Assembly (NCBI GenBank): GCA_036172245.1
Contig: JAYWIR010000032.1
Span: 372,001 to 436,000, forward strand
DNA length: 64,000 bases
Reading direction: 5' to 3'
Source of the DNA: Raillietiella orientalis
Lineage: Eukaryota
Shown: in pieces, positions 26,128 to 38,420 of the stretch
Layout of the letters: each line of letters opens with the position of its first letter
How positions within the stretch are numbered: the first letter of the stretch is position 1
Position numbers and translations under genes: made by a program
Notes under the pieces: model-generated
Database searches by the model: none
What the model saw: only the letters and a program-made list of their open reading frames with translations
What the model was told of the DNA's origin: nothing

Positions 26128-26912
26128 CATTTTTTGTTGAGTTAGTTGGTGGTACATATATCTGATCACTGCCGATGGCTCTTCCTGATCTTCCTGTTTT
26201 TCCTATGCTATTCCTTATCCGTTGCTCGGTCGCTGCTCGGATTGACTGGAGAGCTATTCTGTCTCAGCACGTACTCCACGAAGTCGCTCACCTCGTCCGG
26301 CAGGCGCTCCAACCTGTGCGTCCAGTCAATAGTATCTCTGCTGGACCTTATGCAGGAGGATATGGCCAGTTTCTTTATCTTGCTTGCATTGCTTTTGTAG
26401 GTTCCCAACGTTCTCAGCACGGCGTCCTTCTTGCGATTCCAGAATCCCATTGTAGCCACGATGAAGACGTGCACGACGGCTGTTCTGACTGCCTGGTTTA
26501 TCTTGCGGATTCGATTTTCGTACTTTTCTTATTCTTGACGTGCTTTTGTAGACGCATCTTCCCCGTTTGCAAACGGACAAGTAGAGTCCACAATGATCCA
26601 TTTTCCATACTTTTCGAGTACCGGATCAGGCCTTAGCGGGGAGTTCACTCCAGGGATCTGTTGATCCGCAGATATCAGCTTGCATCCTTACCGTTGTAGC
26701 GACTGCTTGCAATCTCAGCACAATTGCATGATGCCTAGCGATGTATTTGGGAAAGTGCCTCACACGATGGTTCAGTATGTGTGGTAGTGGTCCATCTCGA
26801 GTGTTACATCTGCGGCATAAGTGATCGGCCCCACGTGGTAGGACGTTCAGTCTTGCGGCATGGGTAAAGCGCTAATCTGAAGATGGTCACCTGAAGTTAG
26901 GAAGTGGCTGGA
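26128..26912 (-). mobile_element. Utopia/NeSL-like 3' fragment
   Basis: HFLTSGDH, ARLNVLP, CRRCN...PHILNH, RHHAI, RPDPV...IIVDSTCPF, FIVATMGFW, CIRSSRD. Close homolog of 13690-14600. Ends in an A-rich tail. Confidence 0.9.
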
Positions 26913-26919
26913 GTAGAAG

Positions 26920-27620
26920 CGGCGGGGGTAGATGGGGAGTAGTAGCGCGCTCGATGAGTCGTACCTGCGTTGGGCCGAGCCATTCCTGGCCGCGTTCGCC
27001 CAGAGCGAGGTGACCGAGCGGAATGCCAGAGTGTCCCGGCCCCTGCTCGCGGTCCTTTCCCTGAGTATGCGTGAACGCGGAGGTGTTCGTTGGAAACGGG
27101 ATATTCTGCTGTTTCCTTACCGGGGATTCCAGTGCTATCAGCGCAGGCACCCGCTTTCAGGGAATCAAAGGAGAGAGAGACCTGCCCCTACCTCTTAGTG
27201 CAGTGCATCACCCTCCGTGGCTTGTGGGAACGTTCTTCCGCGCCCGTTCCTCACCCCGTGGACGATCCCAGAGACTCTTTAAGGCCCCTCTTCGTGCGGG
27301 ACGCCATCACGCCCGCAGCTGCGATCGCAGCGCTGTGCTGCGTGCGCGGTGTCGTCACGGCGAAGTGCGATCCCGAGAGAGGCCGGAGCGAGGGGGGGCT
27401 GCCCTGCACGCCATCCGCTTCCTGCGAATAGCTTCAAGGTGACCCCACCTCGAAACGAAGGAGGGGCTCGTCGGTATCCTTTAACGGATGAAGAGGCCTC
27501 ACCCACCACCTGACCCCTTTCCTTCCCCCCCAACTAATCTTTTTTTGTTGTTAGTTTTTATATTGTTTGTTATAGTTAGTTTCTTTTTTTTCTAGTTTTG
27601 TTTCATTCCCCTTCCCCTTC
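26920..27620 (+). mobile_element. L1/Tx1-like ORF2 C-terminus and pyrimidine-rich 3' UTR
   Basis: RWKRDILLF matches RWKRDVLLF at ~48190-48215 (inverted). YLLVQCITLRGLW resembles the zf-RVT pattern HLLLDC..L..LW. Confidence 0.6.
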
Positions 27621-27739
27621 GTGGGCGTGATGGACTTTGCTGACCTCCCCCTTCTTTTAGTGTAATAATTGGGATCGGTGGGTCTTTTACCTCCATTGAT
27701 TCCTGCAAGAGGATTAAACGCCCCGACGCACCGGGGTGT

Positions 27740-28380
27740 GAAATCACAGCGCCTGTCTTCAGTCCGCCTCCGTTCAAGAAGCGTCTCAGCAAGTCCAAAT
27801 TGCTGTCCTGCGGTTGTTGGAGCGCCAAAGCGAATCCCCGCCACATGTCCTCCAGGGCAGTGCAGTCCAATAGGAGGTGCGGGAGCGCTTGCATCGCCCC
27901 GCGCCTGGAACAGTTCGGGAAGGCGCTTCCTCTCGTTCAGTGATGCCGGCGCATTGCACGGGAGACCCCAGTGCAGTACCAGCAGCGCGGATTGCTGCCA
28001 CTTGAGAGGAAGCAGCTCTCCGTCTATAAACACGGGGGGCATTTCCAACTCTTCAGGCCCAACTAATGTTCCAGTCCTTTGAAGACGGTTCTTGCTGTTG
28101 CTGCGTCAGCCAGCTCACGCGGTGTCCAACCACCGATAGGCTTCCTGCGGGCCGAGATCTCGCAGGAAACCTCCCACTTCGCCGGTAGGCAGGTGCCATG
28201 TACCTCGACAGCGGAGGACACCGTTGCGGCAAAGGGGATGGCTGCTGAGTAGACCAACATGGTCAGCTCACTACCCACCGCCTCCAGTGTTCTTCCGCTG
28301 TTCTTCTGAAACTCTCGGCAGCGGGTAACTTCCGGTGGGGCGCGGGTGAGTTGGGCACACGTCCTCACTTTCTCCTGCCG
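27740..28380 (-). mobile_element. L1/Tx1-like ORF2 C-terminal fragment
   Basis: LKWQQSALLVLHWGLPC...PHLLLDCTALEDMW. Homolog of 330-1140. Confidence 0.6.
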
Positions 28381-28596
28381 CCAGACCGGAGTATTTGCAG
28401 GGAAGCAGCGAGTCCACGGGTTTGTCACTGTTCTCACCAGAGCAGCGACACACCGGAAAGGGAAGCTGCAGGATGGGAGCCGGCGGTGGTGGCACGAAAA
28501 CAGGGTTGCGAGTCCTTCGCTACCGACCGCCAGCCGGGAGAGCAAAATCAATAATCTGTTTAGTAGCAGTTTTGCTAATGGAGATTTTATATGATC

Positions 28597-28692
28597 AACC
28601 CGAGGTTTTAAAGCAATAAACCTATCATACGAAGGTAGTTTGGGAAAGTCGGACTTATTTCGCAACTTTAAGTAACATATGTAAAATGACTT
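28597..28692 (-). mobile_element. Bacterial IS982-family transposase fragment, endosymbiont-like
   Basis: Hand-translated KSFYICYLKLRNKSDFPKLPSYDRFIALKPRV matches my recollection of the IS982 N-terminal motif FK.FY..YL....EFP.LPSY.RF..LKPRV in Wolbachia/Rickettsiales. Lies in an AT-rich island at ~28544-28745. Confidence 0.7.
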
Positions 28693-29059
28693 ATCAACAA
28701 CACGTGTTTGCTCATTACATAATTGTAAATGATTCAGGTTACAAAGGCGCACCAATGGGTGGCCCAGTTCTGTGCCACGAAGGCCAGTCTTCGAAGGTTC
28801 AACTAAACTTCCATGTGCTCCAACGTCAGGAGTCCAAGTCCGCCGTCGCGACAAGGAGCACACAAGTCTTTTAACAGGACTCGGGACCTCCCATTGCCTC
28901 AGAGGGTTTTTCGAAGGAGGTCTTTCATCCGTTTTACCACACCGGGGGAGCGGGGCACACGAAAAGCAGAGGTCGGAGGACGGGGGCCACAAAAGTGTTC
29001 CAAATGAGGGGCGCTGTGATCGCAATGAGATCCGCGCCATGGTCACAGTCCGGGGTGAC

Positions 29060-29425
29060 AGTCCATGAGTTGGATAAGCTTTCGCATAGAAAATAGGTCA
29101 CGAGCATGGCAGCCGCCTTGATGAGGAGATGGCTGCAAGGCTGTCTCATCTACCAGGAAAGGTCAGCGAGATAGCCACCATACACAGACGCTTCTAGAAA
29201 GGAATGAACCCTGTCCCTGTCCTACGATCCTGTCTTTTTTCTTATTTATTTATTGTACCCTCTTCTTGATCCCTACTTCGTTAGAAGCCGGTCTGCGTGC
29301 TGGTGCTCATCCCCAATGAACTTCGCTTCGAGGAGGAGAGGGCGGAGCATCTCTTGTATTCGATGAACGCTGCTGTTCTGGCTTCTGCTTTACTTTTTAA
29401 ATAAAGGTCCCAGCGTGACCAGGTC
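29060..29425 (+). mobile_element. L1/Tx1-like 3' end with terminal AATAAA and hairpin
   Basis: agcatggcagccgccttgatgagg and tagaagccggtctgcgtgctggtg are inverted homologs of 47660-47880 and 51350-51570. aataaaggtcccagcgtgaccagg at 29400-29423. Confidence 0.65.
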
Positions 29426-30059
29426 AAAATCAAACAATCCCATCAGGTTTTTCTTCCTTGTAGTGCTTTGTGGACCAGTCATGGCCTTCAGCGCTGTGCA
29501 GCGTTGGGCAGGTGAGCACGTGGAGCTGGGTTTCCTTGCCCCCCCCCACATGCCAAGGAGAGCCCGTCTCAAATGTTTCCTTTCCAGTGCTTAGTTCTGG
29601 ATCCACCCAGGATGCCTCTGTGGTAAGAGTGGGTCCGGTGGTTGGTCTCTCCTCCAGGCTGTGTTCGAACGCTTGCAGGATTCGCGTTCCGGATCACGTA
29701 ACGACTGGCAGTTGTGGCGAAGAGTCGTCGTGATTTTTGGAAAATGGGTTGCTGGAAATCCTTCTTTGCTGCTCCGGACCACGAACTGGCGTTCCGATTC
29801 ATGCGGATTTCCCGTGTCCTGCGCATAAATTTGCCTTCGACTAGTAAGACCTGAAGCAGATTAAGCCCTCGTCTCCATTTCTGAGCCTTTCTCCTTCGTT
29901 TGCTTCCCCTACCTTTCGTCCACCAACACCGAAATCGCTCGCCGATGATGATGTAAAAAAAGACTGGTGCGTCGATTCTTCATGTAGAGACGAAACTCTC
30001 AGGTTGCTCAGGCCAGACGTCGCTTCGATCTTCGTTGGACGCTGGAAGGAAAATCTGTA

Positions 30060-30140
30060 AGATTTTCGAATGCAGCATGCAAGTTCGACTCGCCCTTGGA
30101 TTTCAATGCAGCAGAGACATCCATTGGACGCAACTGCTAG
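30060..30140 (+). mobile_element. Tiny Utopia/NeSL-like C-terminal remnant
   Basis: CSRDIHWTQ matches the SRDIYWTH motif of the larger copies. Confidence 0.4.
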
Positions 30141-30639
30141 GGCGTTTTGCCGAATTCCCGGAAGGTCATCGACCTTTAGCCTCACGCGACTCCGGGGCTC
30201 AAGCTAGCAGCCCCTATAGGGGTGGCGAAAATCCCTGGGTGGGGAAGGAGGGCTCTCACAGGGAGACTCAACCCATCCAACAAAGATCCCTCGCGTCGGC
30301 AAGGACCATCGGACCTTGTACCCTCTTGCACCCTTCGCAGGCCAGCCCTTTGCCAACAACGGGAGACGTGCGAAGAGACATCCCTCGTATTTGCTTATGT
30401 AATCCCAAAGCTTTTCGGCACTCGTCAATATGCCGGAAGACATGATCCTCATCATTGTTTGGAACAAGAGAAGATTCAGGCCAGATTAACTGGCACGGAA
30501 ATGTAAGCGATGGAGGTAAGTAGGGTATTTAGAAGAGTCTCCTCCTATCAGTTTCACGAGTGCTAATAGTGAGAACAGCAGAAATGCAGCCGCAGCCACG
30601 CTTTTTTCCGCTCTTCTTCTGCAAGTAAGCAAACCCATG

Positions 30640-30960
30640 AGAGACATCACTTCGTGGTGGGATCATGCTGATCATCTCAATAGGCAGGGAAAGGGGAAAA
30701 AAAGCGTTTCCTAAATGTGGCGCTTTTCAAGTTGTCTTTCCGTGGATGGGTTTTCCTTTTCTCGAACGCAAGGAAACGGACACACAGCTCTAACTTAGAT
30801 GGGCAGCCATGGTCCCATCCCAAGTGCCTCAAAGATAAAAAAAAACTAGTGAGTTGATGCGATCTTATCTGGTGAACCTGAGGCGACGATGAACTACGGT
30901 CTCGGATTTTCAGTGTGGTAGAGAATGGGTGCTTAAATAGGACTTCCGTCAAAGTGGGTG
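30640..30960 (-). pseudogene. IR/iGluR-like S1 fragment
   Basis: GTWDGTMAAHL resembles G.WNGMIG.L, followed by FFPLSLPIEMISMIPP. Confidence 0.35.
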
Positions 30961-31221
30961 CACAGACTCTGCGACAACTGAGCTGCAAAAGGCGCACGCT
31001 CAACTGGTGTGCTTGAAATGGTCATTTATTTTTCAGAAAACTGCCCCACAATTTGAAAGATGGAAAGTAATACCTAAGTTCACTCGGAAGATGAGGGACA
31101 AAGGTTCTCTATTCTATCTCTCATCTGGAGAGCGTATTCCTATTATGGAAATCTGTTTGGGTTCTTTTCTGTCTTCGCTTTTTTTTTTCCTCCAAGATTT
31201 TTTTTTTTCAGGTTTTTCAGG

Positions 31222-31720
31222 TTTTTTTTTTTTTGGTACGCGAAGTACCTCAAGAGCCGGTCGCGTGCCTCGCGGCTCACGTGGCTCTTTAACACTGTTC
31301 CACGCCACCTGCGGAGGGTGCGTGTTATTCTTCAAGATAAGGGGCACCCCGGAAGGGAGGTGGTCCTCTCCATTTCATCTTCTCCGAAGGGAACCCGCAA
31401 GGGAACCGCCCCTGTTCACTCCTCTGAAGAGAACCCCGAAGGGACGCTTCCGAAATTCAGAAGGGCGCTGCAGCTTCCCGCAGGGAAATCGTTCTCGCTT
31501 GCTTTCTTGCACTCTGTGAAGAGGCGACGACTCGGAGGGTTTCCCCCGCAACAGGGGGGGGTCCGCTCCTTTAAACAACTGGAGAGGTGCGTGTGAAGGC
31601 TCCTGCCATATCTTGAAACCGGAGGGGTCCTCCGTTGTGGGGGGTCCGCTCTCCGTTGTACTCCCGGAGGGGGAACTCCTCACTCCTTGATTCCTGGAAG
31701 GACCCAAAGGTCGACTCCCA
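31222..31720 (-). mobile_element. tRNA-derived SINE copy C (5'-truncated)
   Basis: T-run+ggtac tail, aacagtgttaaagag and cttgattcctggaaggaccc shared with other copies. No tRNA head. Confidence 0.75.
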
Positions 31721-32089
31721 TTGTTCCGACCTTCATCGGGGGCCTCCAGCTTAACCCTTAGCTGTTTTCACGGCAGTAAAGGTTTCCTAGGAGATGAAGT
31801 CGCTCTACAAGACACGGACTGAAAATCTGCATGAGCTTCGACTTCATCCAAAGTCCTACAAGTGCAAAAGCAGTAGGATTTCGAACTGCTGTTGAAAGGA
31901 GGGTGATGCTGGAGATTTCGGCTTCACTTCCTGCTTGTCCACTGCGTCTCTCGCCGAGAGTATACGCATGGCAGCCGGAAAGAAATTCGTCCTGGGGAAA
32001 CTCGTCCCGTCACCAATTGAAGTGCAAAAAAAAAAAAATCAATGATCTCATGGATCCTGCACGTCGAAAACGGGGATGTACGAAGAGCG

Positions 32090-32560
32090 AGCTTCTTTGA
32101 AGCCAATTTTCATCTAGATGGAGCGAATGGATTTTCCAGCTTCATTATCAACTGGATTTTGGAAGGAGCAGATTGTGTTTGGCTCAATCAGGATTCCAAT
32201 AGCAGCTGTGCGATTTGGAACTCGATTTTGCCAATAGATTTGAATTTTGATGAAGCCCGACGCAGGGACCCTGCTTGATCTACTTATGGACACGAAGGAA
32301 GTGGAGAATCCTCTAAGATACCTGTCTCACTTAAGTATTAAGAGGGAGCAGATGAATTTAAGAGAAAATTCTTTCCCCTCTATTTAGTGACTTTCCGCCA
32401 TCAATTATGCAGAGCCCTCCACCTTGGCTGTCCCAAACTGGAGCATCAGATCATCCAGAGAAAAGAAGGAGTTTCCCTGAACATCTTCTCCCATTTTCTA
32501 CTCTTTCAGGCGCTGGATCTCTTTGAAATACCTGATTCAAAGTTCATGAATTCTGGATCA
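32090..32560 (-). pseudogene. Possible LRR gene remnant
   Basis: Fragments LNQVFQRDP, IEPNTICSFQN and GKSIRSI*MKIGF have LRR-like spacing. Confidence 0.25.
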
Positions 32561-35500
32561 TGATGCTTCGACTGACATCCGAACCGTGGTGTAAGAAAAT
32601 CGGCTTCGAAAATCAGCAGAGTGCTCGATCGGCGGAGCGAGCTGCAGAAACTTCTGGCAAACCGGAACTCGGATCAAACGAAAATGCCGTCGCGTCTCCA
32701 ACCGGGAGCAGATCAGGACGGAGATGGCAGGCGAATCCGTGGGTTTCCACGGATTCGGGCGGAAATCATCTGGGAGCAGACGGATGCGAGTCCAGACACA
32801 TCTCTGCGTACCGAGAGCGGAGAGCCGAGTCGGCTGCGGTGGCAAAAGCCAGCCGCATGCTGAGCAGATTACCGGAGGCGTCATCATCAGCGCCTTTCAG
32901 GAAGTCGAAAGCTGCTCTCGAAGGGCACGTGCGTTCTCGCGGCAGCACTCCGAAACCATTTGTCCCTCTCGTCAAGTCTTTTCGCTTCAGTCTGGCGACC
33001 CCTCGATTTTGGGTGAGTGAGGTGAATGGGTCCCCCGCTAATCGCACACAGGTTTTTTGACGGCTTGGGGCTAAGCGCTTCTGCGCCGTTCCTCGACAGC
33101 GTGCTCTTCGCAAAGCACTGCGTCTTTTGGATTTCCCGATCCGCCCCCACGACTCGAATCTTCCTCTGGAAGCTCACAACTGGGAGACTCGAAAGGCAGG
33201 AGCGGAATTTTTTCGTCATGCATTTTCGTCTTCTTCTCTTTTTGGCATTGGTTCTTTAAAAATTTATGGAGCTGCTACTACTGTGAAAATCCAAAATTTC
33301 AATCCTCTTGGCTCTTGGAATTTGCCCTGACAGCCTAAGAAGAAAAAGATTCCATCTTGAAGCAAGTTCCCAGTTTCTCATCGATTGAGATTCCATTAAA
33401 AATACCCCGGAAAGAAGACCAAAGGGTATTTTAAAAAGATTGCATCTTAGCCACTATAAATAAACGTGGGTTTTTTATTTCAGCAAACCGCAGATAAAAA
33501 GAGAAAGGGAAATTCTGCCGAACTTCAGTTCATTCCCATCTCCCCGGACGTATTACAGCCTCATCGATCGTAACACAGATCTCATCTCACAATATCAGCG
33601 TCTCCCCAACGTGCATGGGTTTCCGTTTTACGTACATTAAAGAAGCTGCATGAATCAGCGGAAAAATAGAATAAAGCAGCAGTATGATTGCGTCATGCTT
33701 GCGTGGTCAGCACGGATGACGTCATTCGACCATCCACTTAAATTCAAACATGGATCAAGTGGTTGAAGAACGGGACAGGTGAATTTTAACGTGGATCAAG
33801 TGGTTAAGAAAGCGGTTGGAATTGCTCTCACTCTGCTGGGAGAAAAATGTCATTTTGGATCGACTGCAGAATTCTATAGGATTTTCCCTCCACCCGCGAA
33901 CGGCGAGGTGCGTCTCACACAGAAGACTAGAGTGGATTTCCTTGTGAGGACCACGTGGCGAAATCGTGGAACGCTCGAGTCGAGCGATCTCAAGATGGCA
34001 ACTGGCTGTTTCTCGCGGAGGCTGTATCAGGACGGGAATTCCATTTTCAGATCGACTTGGAAGGGGCAGTTCATTGCAGGAAGCTTGGGAATTCTTCCAG
34101 GAATTCCATCGATTGCTACCTGCAGGTCAGCCGCGTTGGAAAGCTGACCGAAAATCTTACCTTTGAGAATGGAATCGGCGTCCGACTCGAGTATGCAGCA
34201 TCCCTGTGATTGACAGCTCGATCAGAAAGCAAATTTCAAGATGGCGGACACTCAGCAGCGAAGGGGCATGCTTGATTTGGGAAGGCACTCGCTCAAGCAT
34301 GGAGGAGAGCCTTCAGATTCTCCGGGAAAGGGGGGAAAAAAAAAAAATTAGGAGCATCGAAAAGGCTTGCGGAGTTCTTCCTGTAGAAATGCGCCTGAAG
34401 TGAATCTCTCCGATTCAGGGCGCGAGAAGTGCCTGGAACGTCGAACGAAAGGTTCGAAAATGAGCAAGGATGCACTCTCGAAGCTCCAAGCAGTGGTACG
34501 TAGGCGTGCACGTCACCAAGAGGTCTGGAGCCGTTGTGGAGCAACGAGCATTTCACGTGCTTTTGCGAGGAGTGTTAAGAAACGCATCCCCGAAATGCAG
34601 AAATGTAAAAGTGAAGTTTCAGTTGCGACGATTTCTTGAAATGAAATGGAGAAATGAGTTTCAAGAGTTCTAAGCCTACGAAAAAATCAGTGGGAGGGGA
34701 GGGGGAGATACACAAAAGATATCTTTTTCTCCGGATAAAATGCTCTTTTGATTAAAGGACGGAACTTTCATTTCGAAAAATTACTACTTGAAGACGGATA
34801 ACGTTGCCAACTTTGGAAGGTGTTTGTGTTCAAGAATTATGGCCACAGTGGATGTCGCCATCTCGGAGAGTGTTATTTTCATGTGCGCCTGCGCCTGCAT
34901 CCGCAACATGGGAATCCGCGTGAGCTGACATGAATTTCAAAACAAACTTTTGTGTCGACCCGCCAGCGTGGCCAAGCATTGCTGATTTCCTTGGAAACGG
35001 AAATGCAGGTTTTCCCTGCCTTTTCATTATGAGTGGGCAGAGCTTTCTCCTTCCTTGGTTGCCTCTGATGGATGTCTCGTGCCATGTTTTTTGAGCTCAT
35101 GAGTAATTTGCACTTGAAGAAATCTTCCATGACTCAACTCATTGATATACTATAAAAAAAAAAAAAAAAGTTCAATGCCAAGGGGCGTGGAATCAGCCAT
35201 TACCGGAAGATCATACTAATTTTCTCTCTGATATCTCCGAAGTGCTGTCTCAAATCATCAGAACGAGGTGACTTTGTCAGCTCTTCATGCTTCATTCAAG
35301 AGAATCATTCTTTAAGGGGGAGTTCATTCGTTCAGTGGCTCATGCTAAAAGGAAAATTATGGTGGAGCCGCAGCAGCCTCTTGCTGAAATTCCAAATGGC
35401 GAGGTTGCCTTTGGAAGCTCGCCTGGAAGACCTCGACAGGATACTTTTAGTCGTGTTGTCACCTAGGAGGTGGCTGCTGCCACGCTACCTTTCGGACCAA

Positions 35501-35904
35501 CTCTGATGGATGCAGCCAGGAAGGGCTGGGATTCCCTGGACAGGGAAGCAGAAAGGAGTCGGGATATTTTTTCTTGAGAGGAGAAATACGTGAGGTTTGG
35601 TGGCCACCGCTTCGTGCACGCGCCGCGGCTCAACGCCCTGACCGCCTCCGCTTACCAGGAATCAACGCCGCATGGGAGAAATCGGCTGCACACGTCCCGA
35701 GTCCTCAACCTGCACTGCTACTGAGGACGATGTTCAAAAAGCCACCCGGAAGAACTGGCTGGAAGCTGCCTGCAGACAGATCACATGCCCGGCGGCGATA
35801 CCCATGCCGCAGACCCGCTGCAAGAAGATGGATCACTTGCACCATTCTGAATGCTGTCCACCCCTCCGTTGTGGAGCTTCCGGACCGATGAAAATGGGAG
35901 CCCG

Positions 35905-35970
35905 AAACGAAGCCAACGCTTGTTGTTGCGGAAGCTGCAGCTTCCGCAACAACAAGCATTGGCTTCGTTT
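35905..35970. repeat. 66-bp spacer-less palindrome with one mismatch
   Basis: aaacgaagccaacgcttgttgttgcggaagctg|cagcttccgcaacaacaagcattggcttcgttt, centre 35937/35938. Confidence 0.95.
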
Positions 35971-37379
35971 GTCTCCGAAGCGAAACTTCTCTACTGGGAA
36001 GAGCGGAACTTTCTGTCCGGGAACTTGGAATTTCCGAGGCACGTCGCGAACACGCCGGGCTGCGCTTGTCGCCGCGGTCTCGTTCCCCGGAGCTCTTCTT
36101 CCTTCTTTCAATTCTTCGTGCGTTTTTGCAATCTTTTGTGCCGATAACTTTTCCCAAAGCCCTCAGCGGGAGGAACTTCGAACGTCTCCTCGAAGATGGG
36201 AGGAAGCGTCCTTGGGACATCATCATCCGCTCTCGAGTTTTCCGTTCGTGCCCCTTCGAAGCCGCTGCTGTCTTTGAACTCCGCACGCCTTGCCCCCTCC
36301 CCCCTCCTCGTTCACGTTCATCGCCTTCCCCACTCTTTTCCCGGCAGAACTCCTCTAAGCCGACAAGAGACCTCCTCCGCGCTGTTACTTCGCGACACAC
36401 ATCTTCAGGTAATCGCGAGCAGAGACGGAATTTGCACTCCGCAGCGGGCTCTCCTGAGAAGTCTGAGCGCGCTCAGTGCATTGAGCGCGGCGAGAAGCAG
36501 CGCAGGTAAATCCAAGACAGAAATCATGGTAAATTGGAACCGATAGAGTGGCCCTCGAGGAAATCACCAGAGTTTCGTGCTGGTCGAAAGCTCTTTCTTT
36601 GCAATCTTCACCGGGAAGAGAGAGAGAGAAACGTGAACTTTGACCTGCAACTGCAGAAAACCGAAAAAGTCAGCGATCAGCGAAGTGATTATGTGATTTC
36701 TGAGTTTCATGAGGGTTATGTCATCCACGAGTGTTTTTGCTTCCAGTCGTCATGAGGAAGAGCGTTGGCCTGAAGCAAATGACTGCTCCTCCGTCAGGTA
36801 CCCAAAGAGATTTTCGCAGAGTCCGGCAAAAGATGGTGCAATGAGCCAAAGAGATGCTCAGGGAATCCCATCTTGCACAGTTCGAGATGCAGTGGGAAAA
36901 AGCAGAAGGCGTTCGATGGAAAGCCTGGAGTGACGCAACGGCATTCCCAATGCGGGATCATGAGATCAAGAGAAACGGACGTTTCGCATGAGATCAAGAG
37001 AACGAAAGTCTCTCTCCGAAACCTGCTTTTGTTTCGCCACGGGGGACGGAGAGCCCACTTTGCTTCATCCCGAATGCCCTGGTCGTGGAGCCCACTCAAT
37101 GCGAAGAAACCCCCTCGTCTCCCGAGTTCTCTTTCACCATTCTATTCCCGATTCCCTTCTGCGTCGAGCCTCCAGGTCGTCCGGTGCGGAAGTTCACAGA
37201 GTTGTCTAAGAGACAGCTCCCCATGAGTTTCCTGGCGGATTCATCAGTGAAGGTCAAACATCGAAGAGTTCTTTGATGCATCACGAAGTGCTGGTAGGGG
37301 AATATCAAACTGTCGAACCCAACCGTCTCTCTCTGCAAGGGACCAACTCGGAGTCGGGGCGCCCGCCAGCAGAAACCAT

Positions 37380-38420
37380 AACGAATCGATGATTCAACGG
37401 ATGCCTAGTCGGACACTGCGTCGCGGCGGAGCACAGAGACGCACGTCTCATGGAGACCGCAGATGAGAGAGTGGTAGTGCGTCTATCTAAATTCGAAGAA
37501 CTGCCTCTAACGCTTTTGAGGGAACGCGCATGACGATCCCTAGTCCAGAAACACATCAGCCAAGGGAAAGCCATGCGCTGTGTGGGCATGCACCACGCCA
37601 CAAGCTTCTTCCTCACAAATGGTGATCACCTGAGATTTCAGGACTATGGATTCATCCACTCAGCCAGGCTAAACGTCCTCCCAGTCAGGGCTGGGCCCAG
37701 GATGAAACCAGAAGAACGTGCGTGTTGGCGCTGCCGGACGGAAGACGAAACGTTGCCTCACATATTGAACAGACGCAAGAGACACTTCCGTCTGTCCGTG
37801 CGCGACACGATGCGATGCAAGAGGTGATCACCAAGGCCGCAGTGAATGAAGAAAAGTGGACCCCAGTTTCCACTAACTAACCAGAGAGTTTCAGGAACGA
37901 ACTTCCTCTTAAGAACGGACTTTGGTATGAAAAAAGGAAACTGGTTCATAGTGCTGGACACCTGCCTCCCGTACAAGGGTGGAGGAGAGGCGTTCGGAGT
38001 AGTCAGGAAAAGAAAACAGGAAAAGCACAAGGAAGGCAGAGAGGTAGAGAGGGGAAGAAATGTAGGATGCATGCTTTCATCATTGGCTCTCTGGGAGTCT
38101 GGGACCCAGGTAACGAAAAAGTGCTGCAGGCTCTTGGAATTCCGAATAAGCACTTGGTGATAATGAGGCACAAAGTGGTGACTTCTTGCATCCGGTACGT
38201 CAGGGACATCTATGCAGCCCACGTCACACGGAAGACCGACAGCTAGACGCAGCAGAAGAATAGCAGCGATCAGCTCTCGCGAAACGGAGGACAAGAAGCT
38301 GTAGAAGCGACATGCTAAGGGCCGACAAGAGCCCCAGATGAACAGAGGAGGAACTCCAGAAGGATTTCAAAACCCCCACAGTAACATGTCATTTAATTGT
38401 AAATCAAAACAATAAAAAAA
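37380..38420 (+). mobile_element. Utopia/NeSL-like 3' fragment, second subfamily
   Basis: QGKAM...FLTNGDHLRFQDYGFIHSARLNVLP, CWRC...ETLPHILN, RHDAM, RTDF...IVLDTCLPY, FIIGSLGVWDPGN, CIRYVRDIYAAH. 3' UTR ends caataaaaaaa. Confidence 0.9.

Noticed and set aside
27318..27331. 14-bp palindrome gctgcgatcgcagc (also 62423-62441)
   Set aside because: Within chance expectation for 64 kb.
28063..29046. 327-aa ORF as a single protein
   Set aside because: It is a chance read-through joining unknown sequence, the IS982-like island and a Tx1-like fragment.
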